Below are positions 1-11,273 of a stretch of DNA of 64,000 bases, one piece after another (position 1 is the stretch's first letter; each line of letters opens with the position of its first letter). This DNA is from Catajapyx aquilonaris (lineage: Eukaryota): contig JYFJ02000011.1 in NCBI GenBank assembly GCA_000934665.2, forward strand, positions 62,001 to 126,000, given 5' to 3'. Below the pieces are notes generated by a model. That model was not told the DNA's origin. It did not search any database and saw only the letters and a list, made by a program, of their open reading frames with translations. The position numbers were made by a program, and so were the translations under genes.

Positions 1-173
1 CGAAATTAATGTCTATAGTCCAATATTCAGAGCTGAGGCAACTAAGGCCATACAGACACATCGTTGGTTTTCCAATGACGTTTACGCCATACGTCATAAA
101 TCATATCTCTGAATTGGGTAGGCTACAAATCCTATACAATAAAAAATAAAACCCATTTTATGCTTTTTGTAAG

Positions 174-1648
174 GCCCTGTGCAGAAGAAGCCTATACTGG
201 GATGCTACTACAGCAGCTGGATGTCCTATCCACCAAACAACTACGTGGTGGACAAAATTCCAGCAGACCTTTGCACTCACGTTTTCTACTCGTTCGCCGG
301 CCTGTCCAACGACACATGGCAGATTGAGATTCTGGATCCGAAAGTAAGCCACTCAACAATGACATCAACAGTTCCACAATATGTTTCTGTTGCAGTTGGA
401 CATTGAAGAAGGCGGGTACAGGAACTTCACGTCCCTTAAACACAAGTACCCTCAATTAACGACGACGCTGTCCGTCGGAGGCTGGGGAGAAGGAGGTCAA
501 AAGTATTCGGACATGGTCAGCGAGAAGGGCAGGAGGGACAGTTTCGTCCAAAGCGCCGTGGACATCCTGGAGGAGTACGACTTTGACGGGTTGGACTTGG
601 ACTGGGAATATCCTGGAGCTCCGGATCGTGATGGCCAACCCAGCGACAAGGAGAATTTCCTCTTGCTGGTCCAAGAGCTACGAGAGGCCTTCGATGCCAA
701 AGGCAAAGGGTGGGAATTGACAGCAGCTGTTCCCGTGGCCCGATTGCGCCTCGAGCAAGGTTACGCCGTGCCTGAACTATGCCGGTGAAGATATTGTTCT
801 CCAGACCAATTAATCATAATAATTTAATTAACTAGATAATTGCATGCAGGTTATTGGACGCCATTCATGCGATGGCTTATGACTTGCGAGGAGAATGGGA
901 CGGATTTGCGGATGTTCACACACCTCTATACAGAAGGCCTTTCGATGTGGGCAATTACACCGAGCTCAATGTGGTAAGATGGAATAACTTAATAATTATT
1001 CACAAGATGCGGAATTTGTGCTGTATTTGTTGTTTTTTGCACTTTTCAGCACGACGGAATGAAAGTGTGGGAAGAAATGGGCTGCCCAGCACATAAATTG
1101 ATACTGGGGACAGCCTTTTATGGGAAGCTGCTATTCCTGGAAGATCCGAAGAATCATAGTTTACATGCCCCAATCATTAAAGGAAAGATGGGCGGCATGT
1201 CCTACATGCAGGTATAGAAACTATCGAAGTATCCTGCAGTGTGAACCGTCCTAAGTAACATAATTATATAGCAATTATCTTTTCGCAGATATGCCAGGAA
1301 TTACAGAACAGCAGCATCGGTTGGACTAAAGAATACGATACCTATGGAAAAGTGCCGTACATGTATACAGGTATAGTCATATTTTATTAGCAACAAAATG
1401 AGCGTATGATCACAGAATAATGCGGTTCTGTAACTCTTTAATTGCACTCAGAGGACAAGTGGATCGGGTACGAAGACATGGAGAGTCTGGCCATCAAGAT
1501 GGATTTTCTGAAGGACCACAAGTATGGCGGAGCTATGATGTGGGACCTTCCTTCAGACGATTACAGAGACGCCTGCGGATTCGGGATCAACCCACTCATA
1601 CAAGTCTTGTACGAGGCTCTTCAAAACTACTCTGTGCCACAGGTGTAA
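174..1648 (+). CDS. GH18 chitinase, copy 1 (catalytic domain only, no CBM14; 5' end probably upstream of the window)
   Basis: Phase-compatible GT-AG exons 174-343, 396-784, 850-973, 1050-1211, 1289-1370, 1452-1648 give [25 protein letters not shown] (catalytic Glu intact), MAYDLRG and YGGAMMW. A possible extra open exon lies at 31-117. No signal-peptide exon is seen in the window. Confidence 0.92.
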
Positions 1649-2615
1649 TCCGTTCGAATAATTCGGAATAATTGGTCAACCGTCTAGTGAAATTCAATAG
1701 TAAAAACATTAAATTGTAATAATTTCATGACTCACTATCACCTTTCCCTTGGTCCCAATCGAGAGAATTTAGGTTTCAGCAGTCAGAAAGCAATATTGAT
1801 AACTTGAAATGCAGAACGACTAGAGCTACAAAATGATGTCGAAATGCGTAAGGGGTTTCAGGTTTAGGAATTAATTTTTGCTTCAAACATTTCTACACGG
1901 CGCTGTAATTTTTCTCGCATACAGATCTGATTTGGCTATCAGAAAATGCACTTCCGAATACTATGATAAAGGTTAAAGCAATCCCTAGCGCAGTTGCGAC
2001 CAAAATGTGACTCTGATCGTTTTGCATCTCGGTGCAATCGAACTTGGTTTTGCTTCCTGGTTTGCGCCGGTGCACACTCGTCCACTGGTGCACTTCACAA
2101 AACTAATCGGTATGTCAGCTCTATCTTTCACCCTACTTTCGGTGGACCACTTGCCAGTACGTAGTTCCACCAACTCGAACCTTCTTGTGACTTTTCATTA
2201 ATTTTAAGCACTAATCACAGATCATTCGTTTATTGACCATGTAAAAATAATTGTATGCTAATATAAAATTTGTCAATTTACCCTTCCCTTTTTAAACCCA
2301 GATTTTACGGCCTGCCCACCAATACCAATACCATAACTTGCAATCAATTCCTTCGCCCATCAGGAACCATAATTAACAATAAATGCTTGTAAGTTACTGC
2401 AAACATATTCCCACATGGGTTAATAACCCGTACTGGATCAAACTGAAACCTGAACGGAAAGAAACCGCATCTTGAATAAGTCAACTATAGGTTTTATCAG
2501 GGTCAAGATAGTGCTATCAACAACTGTTGGTGTACCGCAAGAAGAGGAAAAAAATAATGCATTAGAAAAAGCTACTGACTGGAAGTAAAGCACTGTTCAT
2601 TGTTCATTTATTACA

Positions 2616-4565
2616 ATGTGGTTCCTTGCTCATTTTGTTGGTCTGCTGCAAAGTCTGCTACCCATCTTCAACGTGGCCAATTCAGGTATAAGGTGCATGC
2701 TTTGCTGTGTCGACACGAAGCGTATATTATGATCTCTTCTTCCTCAGGTCGGGTTGAATGTTATTACCCGAACTGGGCATTTGATCAGTACCCAGTGGAA
2801 AACATCCCAATTGACAAGTGCACTCATGTCAACTACGCCTTCGCTACTGTTTCTAACACCACGTGGGAAATGATCAGCTCGAAACCAGATGTATATTTCT
2901 CAGGTTCCTATATCAATAAGTATTTGAGTAATTTCGTTTACATTCCTGTCTAGTACGACATAAACCAAGGAGGATACTATCGGTTCACTGCCCTGAAGAA
3001 CAGAAATCCACAGCTGAAGACCAAACTATCGGTCGGTGGTGCCAACGGCGGAGGAAAAATATTTTCCGACCTGGTCAGCAGTAAGGACAGAAGAAATGCA
3101 TTTGTTAGGAGTGCTGTTAGTAAGTGCCAATGTTAATGATGCCGTTTGCATAATTATGCTCCTGCACCACTCTACGACATTTCTGCCCGTCTAATTATTG
3201 TCAGCTAACAGCTGTCAAGTCACCATTCGACGAATATCATTTATTACATAATAAAATTATGTCATATGAAAGTATAAGCTTATGAAAATGCCTGTGACAG
3301 CAATGATGTACCGGTACGGTTTTGATGGACTTGACTTGGACTGGGAGAGCCCAGCAGTCCCCAACAGAGGAGGTCAGCCCAGCGACAAAGAAAATTTTGT
3401 CCAGTGGATCCGAGAGCTAAGGGCTGCTTTCGACGGCGAAGGAAGAGGCTGGGAGATATCGGCTGCAGTGGCAGTCGTTCCTTACTACGTCAACCTTGGT
3501 TACCACGTCGATCAAGTCTGCTCGTGAGTTTATGCAAAAATTCTGCACACACATGCACTGTTACGCAAATACGCAATGAGCCTGAGACCCCGATATGACA
3601 TCAATGGACAGGCACGATGGTTATATTCACAGCTTGAACTCAATATATTATGCCAGCAAGTTCAAAATATTATTATTGCAGGTTGCTCGACTCTATCAAC
3701 GCCATGGCCTACGTCCTTCGTGGACCATGGATTGGAATTGCTGACGTGCATACTGTGCTGTATGGAGGGCCCAAAGACAATGAAAATATGCGTGGTCGTA
3801 ATGTGGTATGGATGACATAAATGCCATTGTATTTCCCGCTAGAGTCTCGCGATTGACATATTTGCCATTTCAGGCTGATGGTATGCAGCTCTGGGAAAAC
3901 CTGGGATGTCCACCCTCTAAGCTGATTATGGGAACAGCCACATACGGAAACGTGCTCTACCTGCAGAATCCCAACAATCATGGCCTTTACGATCCCATTG
4001 ACAGAACTCGGGGTGGAGCCATGCACTACAGGCAGGTACTATATCGCCCAAAAAGATAGAGACGATTTTGCATTTGACTCAAGTGCAACTTGCACTTGAA
4101 TCAAATGCCAATCGTCTCTATCTTTTTGAGCGATATATACGTACCGTGTGATATTTCCGAAGATACAGAAAAATTGACAAGGCCATCATAACAGATATGT
4201 CAAGTCCTCCAAGACCCCAGTTCTGGGTGGACTAAGCAATGGGATGATTATGGAAATCCCGGTTCTGCACTTACCTTTGTACAGTACATGTAGTACACCT
4301 TAAGGTGTACTACATGTACAAAGGTAAGTGCAGAACCGGGATATAACCGCCTACAATTTTTAACAAATTGTCCATAATTTCAGGTGAACAGTGGGTCGGA
4401 TTCGATGATCAAGACACCTTAAGAACTAAAGTGGACCTGCTCAAACAACGTGGTTACGGTGGTGTCATGATGTGGTCTCTTCCTTCTGACGACTACGAGA
4501 ATCGTTGCGGTTTTGGAGCGAACCCACTTCTTACTGCCATATCCAATGCTATTAGATCAAACTGA
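2616..4565 (+). CDS. GH18 chitinase, copy 2 (no CBM14); frame apparently broken by an exonic inverted duplication, so possibly a pseudogene
   Basis: Signal-like exon MWFLAHFVGLLQSLLPIFNVANS (2616-2685), then exons from 2748, ~2954, 3301, ~3682, ~3873, ~4195 and ~4385. Motifs are [10 protein letters not shown] and YGGVMMW. There is an in-frame TAG at 4291-4293 inside the palindrome at 4256-4342. Confidence 0.85.
4040..4137. repeat. ~98-bp imperfect palindrome (MITE-like) in a chitinase 2 intron
   Basis: tatatcgcccaaaaagatagagacgattttgcatttgactcaagtgcaa is followed by its near reverse complement, with a 1-nt loop and a few mismatches. Confidence 0.8.
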
Positions 4566-5202
4566 TTGACTATCCTCTCTCAAACATCTATATAACACGC
4601 TTGGTAATTCCTAAAATAAATTTGTCCCAAAATACTTCTCAGTTATACATTGCTGTTGTCGCATTATTAGTTACATAATTCACCTGTTTATACGCCATCA
4701 GCCTATCACAATATGCGCCGTATTCAGCGAATAGCTCAAGTGCCTCCGACAGTGCGATATTGTCAAAAAGAAATTGATAAAACCATGATTGAATACTGCA
4801 AAGGCGACAGCTTGTCAGCACTCGCCAGAGGCGTACGAAACGATTATACGAGTTGGAAGAAGCGCTTTATCACATCACTTGCATCTGCTGTCCTTCCGAC
4901 CTTTCTGCGTTGTTCCTCCTCCAGAAGGTCAGTATGCCAGATTCGTGTCGAAATGACACCTTATCAATCCTCAAAATTCGTCCTGCCTCATGCTGCTCAA
5001 CACCTTAACAATGCGACTTCCGAGTCGCCAGTACAATGGCCCGCTTCACACCACAGAGATTGATTGGCTTCTTCAAAAAGGACGAGCACAAACGGCCATA
5101 CTGTGAATAATAAAGGGCTGAAATCGAGCGATTAACGATTTCTGAATACAAAGGTGAACCAACTCAAAAACCCACACATTTCATTGGCTCAGAAACAAGA
5201 TC

Positions 5203-5290
<88 letters not shown>
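5203..5290. repeat. (AAT)n microsatellite
   Basis: Uninterrupted taa/ata run. Confidence 0.97.
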
Positions 5291-5291
<1 letters not shown>

Positions 5292-6118
5292 GAGAAACAC
5301 AAGGATGCTCCAGGTGGGTTGGGTAACAATAGAAAATTCAAATTCATTAGTTATGTTTTATTGCATATAGTATTTATGGGAGTTGAGGCCAAAATGGGCC
5401 CAAAAATGGACGGCAGTCAAAAAACTATATGAAAAACATTGAGACGACTTATGTAAACCCAAACATGCAGCAAGCGGCAACAATAATATTCATGCAGCTG
5501 CTACCAAAATGCACCATGTCACGATTCCAGAACATTAATCGATTAAACTGACGTCAATACATCAATTACACAGCAGAAAGACGTGGTTGGAACGGAAAGG
5601 GTTTAGTAGTGCTGCTTTTCTTATTAATTGAGAAACTCAATGCCGCCGCATCAGGTGACCGTGCCTGTAACGCGTAATAAGGTTTAATAATTTCAGATAC
5701 GTCTTCTAATAAAGGCTATTTTCTGAAGAAAAATTCCGGCAATTATCAGTTTTTTGTGGTCTGAGCACACGTGCACATATCCCACGCTGAAGTCTGCATT
5801 CGGGCCACCGAACAAAACTTGCACGCAGACCTACTTTTAATAACTGGAATATTCACTATCACCTGACTATTGACAGAAGATACTATTATTTTCCAACCTG
5901 TACCACTGTGATTCTTGATCTTTACTTGAGAAATGAGATAACTTCACTTATCATGAAGTAAAAGATTCCCTATAAGAGGACCTGCTGATACTCAGATCTG
6001 TCCAATCAGACAGATTCAGGTTGTAGCTGCGCCAAGCTGATCTATTTGCTTTAATACCGAGTGTAATTTGATCAATTCTAACTCCAATCATTTGTGCCCT
6101 AGGCTTCATTCAGTCAAG

Positions 6119-8398
6119 ATGAGGCTCAACCTGTGGATGCTCTTGGCATTGGCTGTGGGGTCATACGCACTGCCAAAATATGACCACCACGACAACCACA
6201 ACCGCCACATCAACCACCACCATCATCACCACCATCATCGTAAGTGACTGGTTTATTTCAACATTGGTAATGCTCTCATTAGCAATCAAATAATGAGGTA
6301 ACTGTCCCCTATGTATAAACATGAATATGCAGCATCCTAACTTGATTGTAGACACGATAACCCCCGCCACTATGGAGCCTGCCAGCACTTTTATGACCGA
6401 AGCGACTCTGGTGCCAGCAAGCAAGGTGCCACACCCAAACGTGGTTCGATCTAATGATGTGGGTCAAAAGGGTAGGATAGACTGCTACTTCAGCAACTGG
6501 GCCATCTACAGACCCAGCCCAGGAGCATACGATGTGAAGGACATCCCTGGGGACATGTGCACCAGTGTCATCTACGCCTTCATCGGTGTGTCCAACGTTA
6601 CTTGGGGTGTGCTCGTCCTCGATCCTGACGTTAGTATATACCTTTTACACAAATACAAATTAAAAATAATATGAAATTAACAACTGTTTCGTTACAGCGT
6701 GACGTGACCAAAGGCGGATTCCAGCAGTTTACAGACCTGAAGAAGAAATGGCCTCATCTGAAGACGTCTGTCGCTGTTGGAGGATGGGGCGATGGTGGCA
6801 AGAAATACTCTGAAATGGTGTCTGTCCCAGAGCGACGCGACAGCTTCGTCAAGAGCGTAGTTGGTCAGTACGGAATATCCACATAATTATACCCTCGGTG
6901 ACAATAAAAAATACACTAAGGGCGTAAATAATGGCCTAACGTTTGTTCTTTGACAGCCTTCCTGAAGGAGTACAACTTTGACGGCTTGGATCTCGACTGG
7001 GAGTACCCTGGAGCAACCGACCGTCGCGGACAGTACTCCGATAAGGTCAACTACCTCAAGTGGGTCCAGGAACTAAGAGCCGCTTTCGACAAGGAAGGTC
7101 TGGGCTGGGAACTGACCGCCGCTGTTCCTGTGGCCAGATTCCGCCTGCAGGATGGCTACGATGTGCCCCAATTGTGCAGGTATTACGTAATTATTAGCAA
7201 CAAAGTGAGGATATACGAGTAATACTGTTTGGCGTATTTCCAGTGATTTCGATGCAATTCATGCCATGACCTATGACCTGCGCGGCAACTGGGAAGGGTT
7301 TGCGGACGTTCACACTCCTCTGGTTAAAAGGCCCATAGATCAGGGTGCATATGAAACCCTCAATGTGGTACGTGCCTCAATCGCGACCAGATTAAACGCA
7401 TCTCACACGCACTCTGTACTCGCAGAAAGATGGCATGCAGCTGTGGCAGGACTTCGGATGCCCCAGGAACAAGCTGGTGGTCGGTACCGCCTTCTACGGT
7501 CGTACCTTCACTCTGGGTGACCCCAACCAGCATGGTCTGGATGCTCCAATCAAGGCTTGGGTTGGAGGCGGAAACCCAGGGCCAATCACTAAGGCCAAGG
7601 GAACTCTGGAGTACATGGAGATTTGCATGTACCTGAACAACCAGACATCCAAATGGAATAAGGTGTACGATGACATTGGCAAGGTCCCCTACATGTACGA
7701 AGGTATGGATTTCCGTTATCCGATTCCACACGGATGTGAGATCATGAATTTATTACAGATGACCAGTGGTGTGGCTATGAGGATGCAGACAGCTTGAAGC
7801 ACAAGACTGACTTCATCAAGGAGAATGGCTATCTCGGAGCCATGGTTTGGGCTCTTGACATGGACGACTTCAACAACCAGTGTGGTTATGGAAATGCTCC
7901 TCTGATGACCACCATCTACCAGGAGATGAAGGATTACGTCGTGCCTACCATCCCCACAACCACCAGGGTTAGTATGACTTATGTTGTCACCTACCTAATT
8001 CATGCGATATTAACAATGCATCGTTTCAGGACCCCCATGTAACAACTCTGTTTCCTCCACACCCGACTGCAAAGCCCGGAACTGTTGACTGCACGAAGGG
8101 TACTTACTGGCCCTACACAATGTGCAACCAGGTAAAATAGAGCGGTTCATTTCGCTATATGACAGATGGGCTGACGCGTGTTTCATTTCAGTACATTTGG
8201 TGCATTGATAATGTCCCATACATCTACACGTGTACTGGAAAACTTCTGTGGAACCAAAAAGTGAAGAGCTGCGACTGGGCTGGAGATGTGGATACGAGCA
8301 ACTGCACAATGCCATCCCTGTTGTAAGTGCTCACCGCAACCGACATGTCACAAGTTGGTTAAAATATAACGTCTTTCTCTTGCAGGCCCTACTGGTGA
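6119..8398 (+). CDS. GH18 chitinase, copy 3: signal peptide, poly-His N-terminus, GH18, Pro/Thr linker, CBM14
   Basis: Exon 6119-6239 ([33 protein letters not shown]8) splices in phase 1 to 6352. Motifs are [18 protein letters not shown] and YLGAMVW. A six-Cys peritrophin-A-type domain ([27 protein letters not shown]) lies at ~8085-8305. Stop is TGA at 8396-8398, or TAA at 8324-8326 if the last intron is retained. TATA-like tataag at ~5971 and AATAAA at ~8451. Confidence 0.93.
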
Positions 8399-8931
8399 AT
8401 TAACCCTTCATGCCAGACCTCCACATTTGTAAATGTATAAAGTTCTAGCAAATAAAAAATAAAACATAGTTACACGTATGCATTTCTGGGTTGTGACAAT
8501 AACCCGCGCCGTTCCTATATCAATTTACGAAACAGCTATCAGATATGTCGCATTAATGATTTCCAAGTCTCTAAAGTAAACAGCTTACTCCCTCATCATC
8601 GCCGCTTATCGACATCTGCCACTACAGATGATGTGAACTACTTACACAAGGTGACATATCCTTGTCATCCAGTATTATCACGCACCCACCTCCTTAGATA
8701 ACGCCCAAATAGGAAGAGTCACCTTCATAAGAAACATCTTAAAGCAGGTCAACTACGGTGCAAAGACTTTATCACGTTCCACATATTTATCACAGGCTCG
8801 AAATCTATATGAGCAGACGATCATGAACACTACTCGTCATTTCTTCCCAGACGGTCAAGCAGGTAACAGGTCAGTGCATCCGTTGCATGTTCACACATAC
8901 TTATCATCTCATGTGCTTAGCAGGAACAACC

Positions 8932-11037
8932 ATGAGATTACTTCTGACCGTCCTAGCACTGCTAGTTGCTACAGCAGTGGCTTCTCCATCGCTACATCAA
9001 TGTAGGTCTTAACACCTATACCCTATATAACGTGTTGCAAATAATTGGGCACACCATACACCACTGACGCTTCTTTTCAGACAAGTCCAACGTCGGCCAA
9101 AAGGGACGCGTGTCATGCTATTTTAGCAACTGGGCCATTTATCGCCCGAAGCAAGGCATTTACGATATTGACAACATCCCAGGCGACCTATGCACTCATG
9201 TAATGTACTCATTTTGTGGGGTGTCCAATGTCACTTGGGAGATCCTGGTCCTGGATCCAGAGGTATGGGCTAAAAAATTGCATTTCTCATTTTTTGGCTT
9301 CGATGCATATCTACATCATTTTCAGAGAGATGTGACAAACGGAGGATACCAAAAGTTTACCGACTTGAAGAAGAAGTATCCAAACTTGAAGACGCTACTG
9401 TCGGTTGGAGGATGGAACGAGGGGGGCAAAAAATATTCCGCGCTTGTGTCTCTTAAGGAACGCAGGACTTCGTTCATCAACAGCGTCGTAGGTAGGTTTC
9501 GTGACTACTAATTTTGTCGCCAGGCTTTCAGACAGCCTTTTCTCGCAGATTACATGAACAAGTACAACTTTGACGGATTGGATATCGATTGGGAATACCC
9601 TGGAGCGGACGATCGCGGAGGACAATACATGGACAGGGAAAATTTCGCCACCTTCGTGGAAGAGCTTCGAGCCGCCTTTAATCATCAGAATAGGGACCTA
9701 GAAATCACAATGGCTGCACCTGTAGCCCGATTCAGGCTGGAGGCTGGCTACAATGTCCCCAGACTTTGCGCGTATGTTTCGTCTGCTTAATGTCCTAGAT
9801 TTCCAGATTAATATTAGAAATACTTTGTTGCTGTAGAAACCTGGATGCTGTTCACGCCATGGCGTATGATCTTCATGGGACGTGGGACGGTTTCGCAGAC
9901 GTGCACACGCCTTTGTACATGAGGCCCAAGGACAAAGACAGCGGTTTTGAGGAAGATAATGTGGTGAGCATTAGATTCACATGAGTTCTAACAATGGGAT
10001 TTCAGTGCGTCAAAAATCCAGGTGTTGTCTTTTTATTTAGAACGACGGTATGCACATATGGGTGGAGATGGGATGCCCCAGAGACAAGCTGGTGGTAGGC
10101 ACTGCCTTCTATGCCGATACATTCACCCTGCATGATCCAAATCAACACGACCTGGGTGCGCCTATCAACACGGCTCATAACGGTGGTTCAGGAGATGCAG
10201 GTCCAATCACGCAGGAAGTGGGAACACTCTCATTCATGGAGGTAAACTGATGCCGATGCCTATTTTTATGGCTGGGTATCAAGGCTGGACGTGATTAAAG
10301 CTAATTTTGCCCCGCAGATTTGTCAATATCTGGAAAATGGATATGCGAAAGGCTACGATAAGGACGGCAAAGTTCCCTACGCATACAAAGGTTTACGTTC
10401 CACTCCTGATGGTTATGTTTGAACACTTCTTATTAACTCAAGTTATTTTTACAGGCGACCAATGGTTCGGATACGAAGATACTAACAGTTTGAAAATCAA
10501 GATGGATTTCATTAAAAAGAATGCCTACTTGGGAGCAATGAGCTGGGCCATCGACAACGATGACTTCAACAATCTGTGCGGAGGAGGTAGCAATCCTCTA
10601 CTGAATGTACTGTATGACGCCATGAAGGACTATATCGTTCCAGTAGCTCCGGTAAGCCAGCGTATTTTTAAAAATATAAATATGACGTGGGTTGCAATAC
10701 ATTCGATATGCCATACATTAACTTCATTTCTATGCAGACTGAACCCCCACCAACCACAGAACCACCCCCAGAAACTCTGCCACCACATGTAGTCGATTGC
10801 ACCAAGGCCACGTATTTCCCCACCAAGGAGTGCGACGAGGTGAGATCACGCATGCGATATTCGTATGCGTACACGCCTATATAATAAGCGCTTATTATTT
10901 TTCAGTACATATGGTGCATTAACAACGTCCCATACGTCGAACACTGCCAGTCGGGTCTGGTGTGGAACCCAAAAATCAACTCGTGCGACTGGCCAAAGGA
11001 CGTGGATACTTCTAACTGCACTATGCCAAAGTACTGA
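8932..11037 (+). CDS. GH18 chitinase, copy 4: signal peptide, GH18, Pro/Thr linker, CBM14
   Basis: Signal peptide [17 protein letters not shown]; motifs [25 protein letters not shown] and YLGAMSW; TEPPP linker; six-Cys domain. TGA at 11035-11037 and AATAAA at 11115-11120. Confidence 0.93.
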
Positions 11038-11273
11038 ACATTTTACACCCAGCCAGCATGCCTTCACGCTGTACATTTTATTGCTGTTACCATGTGTAAA
11101 GGTCCCCAAAAGTAAATAAAGCTTATATTATGGAATTATCACTTATATTTACTTGACATCTTTGGTATAAACCATCTGGCACTATTCAAAACTGAGTCGC
11201 CAACGGCCACACTAAAGAAATTTACTCAGATGTTCAGTCACAGTGACTGGACGCTGGTCACAAGGCAAATGGA

